Shown here piece by piece: positions 51,829 through 64,000 of a stretch of DNA of 64,000 nucleotides; positions within the stretch are counted from its first letter, which is position 1; each line of letters begins with the position of its first letter. Source of the stretch: Octopus sinensis (Eukaryota); NCBI RefSeq assembly GCF_006345805.1, contig NC_042997.1, forward strand, positions 13,826,001 through 13,890,000, given 5' to 3'. The position numbers and the translations under genes were made by a program. The notes under the pieces are model-generated. The model did not search any database, was not told the origin of the DNA, and saw only the letters and a program-made list of their open reading frames with translations.

Positions 51829-52228
51829 TCTTTATATATAAAAAGTGAAGTTGTGTGTCTGTCTCCTACGATTTAGATTCCTAACTACTCCCACATTTTA
51901 CGGTGCAGTTTAACCAAACCGGGTATCTTATAGTCGTGATTCATATCGATCCCTTCTGGGTATTAGCGCGCGTCAACGACGAGTCTACGATTTAAAAAAA
52001 ATATTTACCATAATTTTTTTCCATTTTAATGCATTTTTTTCGCTATTATATAAGGGAAGTAACTCTCTAAAAATGTCTACGATGAGTCAACGATTTAAAA
52101 AAAAATTTACCATCATTTCTTTTCCATTTTTAATGCATTTTTTGGCTACTTTTTGGCTATAACTCTCTAAAAATGCTTATATAGTTATTTCGCTTACAAA
52201 CCCGAGCAACGCCGGGCGATACTGCTAG
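51829..52228 (+). mobile_element. Non-autonomous Helitron (same family as 19584)
   Basis: A|TC 5' end, hairpin cccgagcaacgccggg, CTAG|T 3' end, no TSD; internal ~100-bp duplication at ~51975-52170. Confidence 0.88.
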
Positions 52229-52533
52229 TATAGTATAAAAGGAAACTGGAATAGATGCAGCGTAGATGTGCTCATCCTTTTCTATAATAGGTATTTTGCA
52301 TAAGTTCGTACAATGAGAAAAGACAGCTTCCATATTTTCTGTTAACCTACCTATATCATTGGCGTTATAGTTGCTCACTTCCATATTAGATTTGATCAAC
52401 GAGATCCTCTATCAAAAACATTTTATTCATGTTAAATCCATGTTTAAATATTGGATGCGCTATTTGCCACTCTTCGTAAATACGTAATATGTTCTGTCAT
52501 TTATTTCAATGTGTTTTTTTCTTTTTGGGAAAC

Positions 52534-52695
<162 letters not shown>

Positions 52696-52698
52696 AAG

Positions 52699-53604
52699 AG
52701 AGTGTGTTTCAAAGAATTTGATATCATTTCGCAATTTAATAACTTTGCTAGTTCTTGCTCAAATGACTTCAAATTATAGAAGTATGTGTAGAAACAGATC
52801 GAAATTTTATGCTTAATGTTTGATATGTTTATCTTTTCAAGTATAGAAATGGCATTCACTGGAAGAGAAAAGGCGCTTTCTGTGTTGGAGTATGCTCGAA
52901 CACAGTCGAACAAGATTGTGCAACATGCATTTGTGAGAGAGTCCTCTAAAACGTCACCAGCGGCAATACAGATTTGGACATGGCACAAAAAATTCAAAGA
53001 AGAAAGCTGTCTGTGCAGGGTAAAAGGATCTGGATGACCATGTGTGGTCAGAACCAAATTTGATAACAACGGAAGAGACGGTCGAGCGAGATCACCAAAA
53101 CCTCATGCGAAACCCCAAGAAGTCCGTAAGAAGAACAAGTCTGGAAACCCAGATATCCAACGACAGTTTGGTGCGTCCTCGGGAAACGCTTGCTAATGAA
53201 ACCCTAAAAGCTACCAGTTGTTGAGACCATAATGGCAGATGACAAGCGAAAGTAAAAACACTGGGATATGTCCCCCCACACGTCCCCCACACTCTTCCTG
53301 CAAACCTAGAGGAACTCGAGCAGAGAATCACTACTGCACTGGAGACTATTACCCAAGATATGCTGCAGCGTGTTTGGAAGCAGCTGGACTTCTGAATTGA
53401 CGAGTGCCGTGTCTCAGGCAGTGCACATATTGAAAACTTGTGAAATCGTTCTTGGAATCCACATACCTTTGAATTTCTCAGCCAAATTTAGAGGAATAAA
53501 TCTTATGCTGCTCAACATTAAGCTTGTTTAGTGTCATTTGCTTTGACTATATAGTTTCTGTGATATTTATATCCCAAATGATATCAAATTTTTTAAACAC
53601 CCTG
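52699..53604 (+). mobile_element. Internally deleted Tc1/mariner-superfamily element (DUF4817-type N-terminal HTH)
   Basis: MAFTGREKALSVLEYARTQSNKIVQHAFVRE...WHKKFKEESCLCRVKGSG from 52849; C-terminus PANLEELEQRITTA...VW..LD..ID.CRVSG.AHIENL* to 53443; degenerate ~30-bp TIRs at 52699-52729 and 53576-53604; DDE domain absent. Confidence 0.8.
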
Positions 53605-53626
53605 TTATAGATATATAGATATATAT

Positions 53627-53774
53627 AACGGGAAGCTTTATGAAAATAAACAAAAGACGAAGGCAGGTGGAATACAAACAAACAATTGTATTAGTATGGC
53701 GCTCAGGAATATAAATAAAACAAGTCTTTTACGTTTCGAGCCTACGCTCTTCAACAGAAAGATACACAGAAAAG

Positions 53775-53775
<1 letters not shown>
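53627..53775 (-). mobile_element. Family 1 hammerhead-bearing element (solo pLTR-like copy) in a (TA)-rich site
   Basis: Near-exact reverse complement of ~2713-2860. Confidence 0.85.
53725..53762 (-). ncRNA. Minimal type I hammerhead motif (family 1) with GUA triplet
   Basis: Minus strand: UCUUU-CUGUUGA-A-GAGC-GUAG-GCUC-GAAA-CGU-A-AAAGA. Confidence 0.7.
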
Positions 53776-53806
<31 letters not shown>

Positions 53807-54400
53807 TATATGTATATAATATATATATATAACCTTTATTTATATGAATAAATAAAGAAAGAATTATTATATCTATTTCCATTGTCTAACTTATTACATT
53901 TTCTCAGGACCTACTATATTAAGTACTTTAATTGGAATTAATACCACGTGTGGTCAGAACCAAATTTGAAACTGAACTGATATCTACCTAGTCTTATCTC
54001 CCTACTTTGTTATATGCACGCGCGCGCGTGTGTGTGTGTGTGTGTGTGTGTGCGTGTGTGTGTATGTATGTAGGTATCTTATTATATGCCCAAAATTTAA
54101 ATACAGACTACAAAAGCACAAAAAAAATGACGAGAAAAGGCGAGTAAGGTGAACGCAAATGAGAAAAAAGTGGAACAAAAAGAAAAGCAAAAGGAAAAAG
54201 AAAGGAAAGAAAAACCTGAGTCCCATCCTCTCTGTCCGTCGAAATCATAAATAAAATGGATGGTATTCAAATCAGAATTAACATAGCAGGCGCAGAATAA
54301 TTCAACGGGGGTGGGGGACAAAAATCAATGAACATGTACACTCAGTCCTTATGGGGTGGTGTCCTCCAATTCGACAAGAGAAATATTTCTAAATACTATT

Positions 54401-54786
54401 TTTACTTGTTTCAGTCATTTGACTGCGGCCATGCGGGAGCACCGCCTTTAGTCGAACAAAGGACTTATTCTTTGCAAGCCTAGATCTTATTCTATCGGTG
54501 ACTTTTGCCAAATCGCTAAGTTATGGGGGCGTAACCAACATCCGTTGTCAATCGATGCGGGCGGGACACACACAGACACACAAACATATATATATATATA
54601 TATATATATAAATATATATATATACGACGGGCTTCTTTCAGTTTCCCTCAACCAAATCCACTCACAAGGTTTTGATCGGCCCGAGGCTATAGTAGAAGAC
54701 ACTTGCCTAAGGTGTCACGCAGTGGGACTGAACCCGAAACCATAGTTGGGAAGCAAGCTTTTTACCACGCAGCCACGCCTGCGCCT
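54401..54786 (-). mobile_element. Group B SINE, full length
   Basis: Reverse-complement colinear with 40679-41075. Confidence 0.9.
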
Positions 54787-56151
54787 ATATGTCTAGATTT
54801 ACTAAAGATTTCAGATCTTGAATTAAGCAGTACAGTGAAGTTTTGAGATCTAAAATAAAAGAGATTTTTCAATTACATACACCCTGCATCTCTTTGATTG
54901 TGTGTAGTGTGGAGTTGGTTTTCAGATCCCATTAATATGCCTTTATTTTTATCCATGTGTCAGAAAGAAGACTAGTGGTTTGCGTATCTTTAAAAAAAAT
55001 ACTATCGCATAAACCAACGTAATTTTTTTTATTTCCTTACTCCTATGTAGATAAATAGATAGTGAGATAGATGGACACACACTCCAAATTCTGAGTGAGA
55101 GTGGGTGTTGGCTTATTACTTAGAACACTAACATATTGTGTGTTCTTGTTAATCTTATAAATAGTTATATATTTGTAAAGTATTTTATGTGAATTCCTGT
55201 GTTAGACAGATATGGAGTAAAGAGGGTATGTCTTTGATATCGAAAATGGCAACGAAATAACTTTTAGAAACTTAGTTGATTAATTGATTGACTGAAAGAT
55301 TAGTCAAACGATTATTCAACTAGTTAAATTTTTAACTAGTAATAAAATATTAAAACAGAAGCAGTGCGTGTGTTTATTATTGGCACAATGACCTTCCGTG
55401 ATGCAACAAAGTTCTATATTTCGTTTGTGTTGATACCTGAGTTATATACCTCGTTTCTGACTTTAACCTTTGTTAGGCCCTTTCTGTTTCGCCAGTTAAA
55501 TATACTTGTAATTCGTACGATTTAAACGGAGTTCATTTTGTCAATTCAATTACATATGAAGTTATATGCCAGAGATATCATATGTCCCAGCCGTTTCATA
55601 TCATACAAGAGGCACTGATACATATAAATCAAAAACTAATTATGTGAAATTAGTTCCAACATATGTGATTGAATTTCTTGCTATTATCATTGCAATTACA
55701 ATAAAGAAAGAAATAAACCAAATACTTTTGGATGAAGAGAATCCCATCGTTGTTTTCTTTTATTGTCAAATAATAACAAGACAAATAATAATTATTATTT
55801 TAAATACCGCTTATTATGTGATCGTTTATTATATCACAGCTTATTATTGTTGACAGCTCAACTACACATACAACACAGAGAATGGAAGAAGAACGAACAT
55901 CGAGTGCAATTTTTTTTTATATTTTTTTAAGAAAACCCAGCCAATGGAAGAAAGGGGTGAAGTACAAATATCTCTAAATAACTTCTAGTAACTCATATTT
56001 TGTTGTTATTTTATATTTTTCTTTTCTTTGCTTTATTTTTCTTTTCGCCTTCTCGTTAATGGCAGTTCCGTGGAATTGTTCTCCAAAAGGTGAAAATTGC
56101 TGCATATAAAAAAAAAACGTTCACAGTAGTATTATAAAATTTTCAATTCTT

Positions 56152-56208
<57 letters not shown>

Positions 56209-56634
56209 TGTGTGTGTGTGTGCGTATGTGTAAACACACGAGCGCACGTTGTCGTATTATTACAACAAAAGGGCTTTTCCAACGAAACTCCCTTCTGTGA
56301 TGCATAGGTGAACTGTACATGTTTTTTTGCAAAAGATTTTTCCTTTCAGCTAACGTGACATCAAGTAAAAATCAGGTGTTTTTAAACTTCAAACCAATTA
56401 GCAAGGCTTCCGATTTTTCTTTGCAGCTCTAGCGCTTCTTTTATATTGCACAAAAACATGTTGCGATATCAGCAGCTTCTTAACAAATTGCATGATTGCC
56501 TTCAGAACAGGATCAAACTCAATTTCTGGTCATCGATGGGAACATTTCTATAGTTATGCTTCATACACAAAAACAGTCATATATACATCTATCTATCTCT
56601 CACCATCCCTCATCACTGTCTCTCCGATATATAT

Positions 56635-56741
<107 letters not shown>

Positions 56742-57127
56742 TAAATAGATAGATATAGATAGATAGATAGATATATAGATAGATAAATATATATATATAT
56801 ATAGTATATCTACAATAGAATATATATATATATAAACTGTAATACATATATACAAATAACACAGTTATACGTGGAGTGATAGGTAGAGGAGGAGAGCAAG
56901 AGAGAGAGAGAGAGAGAGAGGAGAAGTAGAGAAACAAACAGATGAAGGTCATACATTTCACATATTTATTTATATAAAAAAAGGTGTAAGCTTTCATGTA
57001 AACGCATGAACCATTGTATAAAACCACCGTTGTCTGTAGTACATATGTATGTTTGTATATATGCTTCCAATATGTGTGTTTGGGGCGGGTCCGTGTGTAC
57101 ACATAGGTACGTATACACACAAGCATA

Positions 57128-57167
<40 letters not shown>

Positions 57168-57607
57168 TACTTATGTATGTCTGAGTGTATATACGACGTG
57201 GGAAACCAAATACGCATGCTTATGTACAGATGACTGCGAACACAGGACTATTTTACAAGATTCCTTCAGGCTCTCTAAGGTTAAAGACACGATTGTGAAG
57301 ATTAAAAAAATATCGTATATCATGTTTTTATTTTTTTCTTATTTACCATATTCCTTTACAAATTTTCGTATTTTTACCGGAAATTGAAATAATATATTCT
57401 CTAGATCGTTAATGTATATTAGAAATATTTCTATTCTATTTTCTAGTACATGGAATTGTTCTGACTCCCACCGATGCTTTTGTTGTATTGAAGAATTTGT
57501 TTCGAAGGTGTTCAACGATTAAGACCAGTCTGTCATTGGTTGAGTTCAGTTCTTAGTGCTAGTATGTATATCGCAACTAATATACATACATACATACATA
57601 CATACAC

Positions 57608-57658
<51 letters not shown>

Positions 57659-57694
57659 ATATATATATACACATATATATATATATTTATATAC

Positions 57695-57812
<118 letters not shown>

Positions 57813-58619
57813 ATGTGTACATTTAGTTCCATGCTCTGCTACTTTGCTTCTTATGCTATCCACGCTTGCATACATAAAAATGTCCTCAACATACACTCAC
57901 TCACTCACACACACAACACACACATACATTTGAAAATGCAAAATACATTACATTTTTGACTACTCTTTCTCTCTCTTTATTTCTCTTTCTCCTCGCCCCC
58001 CTCTCTATTTCTCTTTCACCTCCCTTCACTCTTCCCCTTCTCTCTCTCTCCCCTTTCCGTGTCATTTTGTCTTTTTCTCTCTTTCTCTTTCTGTCTGTCC
58101 CTCTTTCTGTGTGCTTTCGTGTTCCAGAAATTTTCTTATGTAGAGTACACACACGTTCACGCACGCATGCACACACACACACACACACACTCACACACAC
58201 ACACACATTCACACACACACACGTACACTCATACACAGAACCGTACATACTTACATACCCATACATATACGAGCATACTAATATTTAAATATATTTAAAA
58301 TATTCATACACACATATAAACATGCATATTTACATGCAAATGTACATACATATATCTTAAATTAAAGTCCAAGAAAACCAAAATTTCGTTAAGTTATATG
58401 TAAAGCTATCCGAAACATTTTACAGATGTATTTTCTCTATACTATTTCTTTTACAGATATATTTTGTACACTAAGCTATAGGAATTAGCGAATATACAAC
58501 AGGAAATATACAACACACGTATATAGATATACTTGTTTCACACAAGTATATACATATGCATATAATTACGTGCTTCTATAAATGTGTGTGTGTACGTGTG
58601 TGTTTATGTATAGATATAT

Positions 58620-58853
58620 ATTTCTTTACTGCCCACAAGGGGCTAAGCATATAGGGGACAAACAAGGACAGACAAAGGGATTAAGTCGATTACATCGACC
58701 TCAGTGCGTAACTGGTACTTTATTTATCGACCCCGAAAGGATGAAAGCCAAAGTCGACCTCGGCGGAATTTGAACTCAGAACGTAACGGCAGACAAAATA
58801 CGGCTACGCATTTCGCCCGGCGTGCTAACGTTTCTGCCAGCTCGCCGCCTTAG
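58620..58853 (-). mobile_element. Group C SINE, full length
   Basis: 18-bp TSD gtttatgtatagatatat at 58602-58619 and 58854-58871. Confidence 0.92.
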
Positions 58854-58922
58854 GTTTATGTATAGATATATGCCTGTATATACACCTATAATTATGTATA
58901 TATTTACATTTATGCGCATATA

Positions 58923-58971
<49 letters not shown>

Positions 58972-59264
58972 TGTACATTTAAACACAAAAACATTTTCAT
59001 CCCTAATAGTGGTTTGGAATTTAACTGTCCTCAATAGCATGCAAGGAGTCCTAAGATGGATGCCTCTTATGTGTTTATAGGAATAATATATAGTCTATTG
59101 GTTAAATGTTCACACGCTAGGCCACTGGTAATAGAAATTTCTAATATTTCTGATTAGCCTTTGATATTATTAATTATTTATATATATATATATATATATT
59201 ATATTAACTTAGAGATAAAACCACTATTAGGCAAATCAAACAGTGAAAAACATAAGCCAATACA

Positions 59265-59670
59265 TAAAATTAATTTAAAAATATAAAAGTTAAAAATAAA
59301 AAAATATATAAAATATATAAAATATATAAAATATATAAAAATATAAAAATATATTTTTAAAAATATAAAATATATTAAAAAATATAAAAATATAAAAATA
59401 TATAAAATATATAAAATTATATAAAAATATAAAAATATATTTTTTAAAATATTAAAAAAAATATATTAAAAAAATATTTATATATATATACTTTTATCTT
59501 ATATTAAACTTTTTAATACTTTTTGATAGTTATATATATTTAATTAAAAATTTTTTTTTAATTTAAAAAAATAAAAAAAAAATTATAAAATAAAAAAATT
59601 TATAGATATAAATTAATAATTTTAATTTTAAATTTAAATAAATTAAATTTTTAAATTTTACATTTTATAT
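59265..59670. repeat. Almost pure A/T low-complexity tract ((AAAATATAT)n-like)
   Basis: Direct inspection; very few G/C over ~400 bp. Confidence 0.9.
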
Positions 59671-59683
59671 ATTTTGCATATTA

Positions 59684-60089
59684 TCTCTTTTACTTTCTCT
59701 CTTTTACTTGTTTCAGTCATTTGACTGCGGCCATGCTGGAGCACCGCCTTTAATCTAGCAACTCGACCCCGGGACTTATTCTTTTGTAAGCCCAGTACTT
59801 ATTCTATCGGTCTCTTTTGCCGAACCGCTAGTAACGGGGACATAAACACACCAGCATCGGTTGTCAAGCAATGCTAGGGGGACAAACACAGACACACAAA
59901 CAAACACACATATATATATATACATATATACGACGGGCTTCTTTCAGTTTCCGTCTACCAAATCCACTCACAAGGCTTTGGTCAGCCCGAGGCTATAGTA
60001 GAAGACACTTGCCCAAGGTGCCACGCAGTGGGACTGAACCCGTAACCATGTGGTTAGTAAGCAAGCTACTTTCCACACAGCCACTCCTG
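59684..60089 (-). mobile_element. Group B SINE, full length
   Basis: Colinear with the other group B copies. Confidence 0.9.
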
Positions 60090-60169
60090 TTAATTATTTT
60101 TATTTTTATGTTTTGGTTTATGATTTTCATTGTTTGATTTGCCTAATAGTGGTTTTATCTCTAATTTAA

Positions 60170-60241
<72 letters not shown>

Positions 60242-60296
60242 TGTATATACAGAGGGAGAGAGAGAGAAAGAGAGTGAGGGAGGGAGGGAGAGAGAG

Positions 60297-60452
60297 GATG
60301 GATGGATGGATGGATGGATGGATGGATGGATGGATGGTTGGATGGATGGATGGATGGATGGATGGATGGATGGACGGACGGACGGTTGGATGGATGGATG
60401 GATGGATGGATGGATGGATGGATGGACGGACGGATGGATGAATGGATGGATA
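60297..60452. repeat. (GGAT)n microsatellite
   Basis: Direct inspection. Confidence 0.95.
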
Positions 60453-60964
60453 CATGCGTATATGCAAATTCGAAAAGAAATGTACTTATATATATATGTG
60501 TATTTCGCGATCTGGTCCTCGTTGAGTATGAGAATAAGTGACTAGGAATCGCGTGTCTGACTTTCTTATTAGTGTAACTCTGTTGATCCTCTTGTATGTC
60601 TTGGATTCTAGCAGTGACCCCCTTCTGCGTATTGAATGCTAGGAGACTGAAATGCTAGTCTTTTATATGGGTCCCCATTGTTGTTTAACAGTTCAGTCAA
60701 TTCACAGCGTGTTTTGAATGCTACTTTCTTTAAAGTTTCAAATAGATTCAAAATTCTTTTAAGATACGAAAATTCAAAACCTTCAATATGCTGAGAGTGT
60801 CTAGAATACTAGTACCAATGACGTCTATGTGTAATTTTGTAATTTTATAAAGAAATGTGAAAATGTCTGGGGGTGGAGAAACGTTATAGAGAAAAGAAAA
60901 TAAATCGCCATGATGATGGCTCTGACCCGTGATCTATTCTTATTGCTTTTGTTAATATGCAGTA

Positions 60965-61400
60965 TAAGGCGGCGAGCTGACAGAATTGTCAGCACGCCTG
61001 GTACAATTTTAGCGGCATTTCGTTCGTCGTTACATTCTCAGTTTAAATTCCGCCGATTTCGACTTTCATCCTTTCGGGGTTGATAAAATAAGTACCAGTT
61101 GAGTACTAGGGTCGATGTAATCGACTTATTCCCGCTCCCGATTTTCTGAACTAGTGCCAAAATTTGGTAGCATAAGACGGTAAGCTGGCAGAATCGTTAG
61201 CACGCCAGGCGGAATGCTTAGCAGTATTTCGTTCGCTTTTACGTCATGAGTTCAAATCCTGCAGAGGTCGATTTTGTCTTTACCTATCACCCTTTTAGGG
61301 TCGATAGAAATATGCATTGTGATCGATGTAAAAATCTAGCCCCTTTCGCCAAAATGTCAGGCCTTGTGCCTATTGTAGAAAGAATTGTTACTAAGTGGCC
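60965..61400 (+). mobile_element. Two adjacent diverged group C-related SINEs
   Basis: Heads taaggcggcgagctgacagaa (~60965) and taagacggtaagctggcagaa (~61172). Confidence 0.75.
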
Positions 61401-61729
61401 TATTTCCAAATTGCTGTCTTGTTAAAACTAATTTTGTATATATTATTTAATATGTATTTTACAACCTTCAATACATGTAAGCGAATTTCATTTACAACCA
61501 ATAATAACTCACCCTATGCTACAACATGGTCTCACGTTCAATTTGTATTATCCTGTCTTTTGCTGTATTTCTATCTGAAATGCCTTATGCTTAAGCTATG
61601 CTGAATACTGACAACTGGTGCAATTTTAGCGTTGGTTTATGTACTTCAACTTCTTCAGACATTGTTGCTGATATTTTCAATAGATTTAATTTTTCATTAA
61701 TAATATATACCAGAGTGAACTGGTTTAAA

Positions 61730-62491
61730 TTTTTGCACGAGGCCAGCAATTTCGGGGAGGGGGTAAATCGATTATATTGATCTGTGTGCTCAACTGCTAC
61801 TCATTTTATCGGCTCCAAAAGGATGAAAGAGAAAGACGATCTCGATGGATTATGAACTCAGAACGCACTAACGGACGAAATGCCGCAAAGCATTTTGTTC
61901 GACGTGCTAACGATTCTTCTTTCTTTATTGCCCACAAGGCGCTAAACATACAGGGGACAAACAAGGACAGACAAAGGGATTAAGTCGATTACATTGACCC
62001 CAAGTGCGTAGCTGGTTCTTAATTTATCGACCCCGAAAGGATGAAAGGCAAAGTTGACCTCGGCGGAATTTGACTTAGAATGTAGCGGCAGAAGAAATAC
62101 CTATTTCTTTACTACCCACAAGGGGCTAAACACAGAGAAGATAAACAACGACAAACAAACGGATCAAATCGATTATATCGACCCCAGTGCATAACTGGTA
62201 CTTATTTAATCGACCCCGAAAGGATGAAAGTCAAAGTCGACCTCGGCGGAATTTGAACTCAGAACGTAACGGCAGACCAAGTACCTCTTTCTATTTCTTT
62301 ACTGCCCACAAGGGGCTAAACACAGAGAGGACATCGAACCCAGTGCGTAGCTGGTACTTAATTTATAGACCCCGAAAGCATGAAAGGCAAAGTCGACCAC
62401 GGCGGAATTTGAACTCAGAACGTAACGGCAGACGAAATACGGCTACGCATTTCGCCCGGCGTGCTAACACTTCTGCCAACTCGCCCACTTA
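61730..62491 (-). mobile_element. Head-to-tail array of four group C SINE copies
   Basis: Units at ~61730-61917, 61918-62100, 62101-62284 and 62285-62491; only the last retains the full head. Confidence 0.85.
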
Positions 62492-62958
62492 GAATATATT
62501 TATATTAGCTTCAGCATGAGCTACTCATTCTCATTCATCTCCTCTCTACGTAAACTGACTCTGACGTTTCTTATTGGAATGTGATATGGAAGCTTATTCG
62601 TTTATATAATTGAATCTCAGTCCACATTCACTTCATAATAGGATTTGTTTTAGCCTTTCATCCCAGCTCCTAAAAGAGCTAAGATCGTTTCAGTCTGCTT
62701 TAGTCCTTACCACGTAATCTTTACTTCATGTCCAGTCACAATTACACGGTCATTTTTTTTAATAGGTTATTCATTCTGTTATAAAGTTTTATGTTTCCTA
62801 TATAATCAGCATTTATTTCGCTTGCTGAATGAGGTAATGTCACAAATAGACAATAAGTTTATATTTGATATCAGTTAGTTGACAAGTTTGACGTCTGTTA
62901 GCAATATCAACTTCATATTTCACCTGAACAAATTTGCCTTTGTCCTTCTAGGCTTGAC

Positions 62959-62994
<36 letters not shown>

Positions 62995-64000
62995 CACACA
63001 TACACACACAGAGTGTCGTACGTAATTTTGCATTCATATCTCGTCTCATGAATATTTTAACGTCTTCCGACAGAAATCAAATCGTACTTGTTGAATGAAA
63101 AGTTGTTGTTGTCGGTGTCGTTGTTGTTGTTCTTTTCTAATTAAAACCTATCTCACAGGCTAAAATTTCATTTTAGTAATTCCACAATACTAAAATGCTT
63201 ATAGCCTCAAACATCTACAGCTGCTGCTTAAATACACGGTCTTACTTCGACAAGTATTACAGTGTTTTGTCACTTTTAATCAAATTTTTCCATTCAAATT
63301 CAGCTAATAATTTCTATTCTTTATCAGCAACGTCTATTCCCACCTACCTCTTGGAGTGATATTTAAAGTAATTTGGTATATTTCATCAAAACACTATTTT
63401 TATATAATCATTTCAACAAGTCATATTTATGTAATTACTCCAAGCTGTTTTGTACAATTATATCAACAAACTATATTTATACATCATCGATACCAGACTA
63501 TTGTCGTACGCGTTCATAAACATTTTTATTATATATATATCTAAATCTTAAAACTAGCTTCACTTCCGTGTGTGTGTGTGTGTTTATGGCGTCAAAAATT
63601 GAAAAGTGAATTCAAGTGAATATCACAAAATATTCTGATACAGTTCGATCTGCTCAAAGATATGGGAAAATATTGCCGAAAAATATATCTTTGGAATTGT
63701 AGCAAATGTTATGAGTGAACTCATTAAGTTGACATTTATATATATTGTCATAATTTAAGTTAACTGATTAAAATTACATGTTCTCATTGTTTATCTGGAA
63801 CTCATCCCTATGCAAGCAAACTAATGATCAGGGTAGGGTCATATGCTATAGCATGTCCTCTGTTCGGATAATAAAATATATTTCCAACTATATTATGTAA
63901 TCATTCTGTTTAATTTTTAAGCGATAGAAATAATAATTCTCCTAGGAATATTTCATAGTTTATCTACCTGAGTCAGTTACCTCGTAAAGCACTGCTCTCT

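Overview
AT-rich eukaryotic non-genic/intronic DNA dominated by (TA)n, (CA)n/(GT)n and tetranucleotide microsatellites and by transposable elements. The SINE families look like those I remember from octopus (cephalopod) genomes; this is recognition, not a database result. Almost all supplied ORFs are microsatellite translations. Supported content: three tRNA-headed SINE groups, many with clear 12-18 bp target-site duplications; three non-autonomous Helitrons; three Tc1/mariner relics; Penelope-like (GIY-YIG) fragments; an R4/Dong-like 3' end; and an RTE-like 3' end with two C2H2 fingers. The most striking signal is a set of minimal type I hammerhead ribozyme motifs: five clear ones, an inverted/tandem array at 44.4-44.9 kb, and one weak candidate. 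They sit in short microsatellite-flanked, Penelope-pLTR-like elements, and show covarying helix I arms, palindromic helix III and family-fixed core variants. A hand-built six-exon, phase-consistent minus-strand gene model (about 198 aa, no recognisable homolog) spans 4.2-23.0 kb at moderate-to-low confidence.
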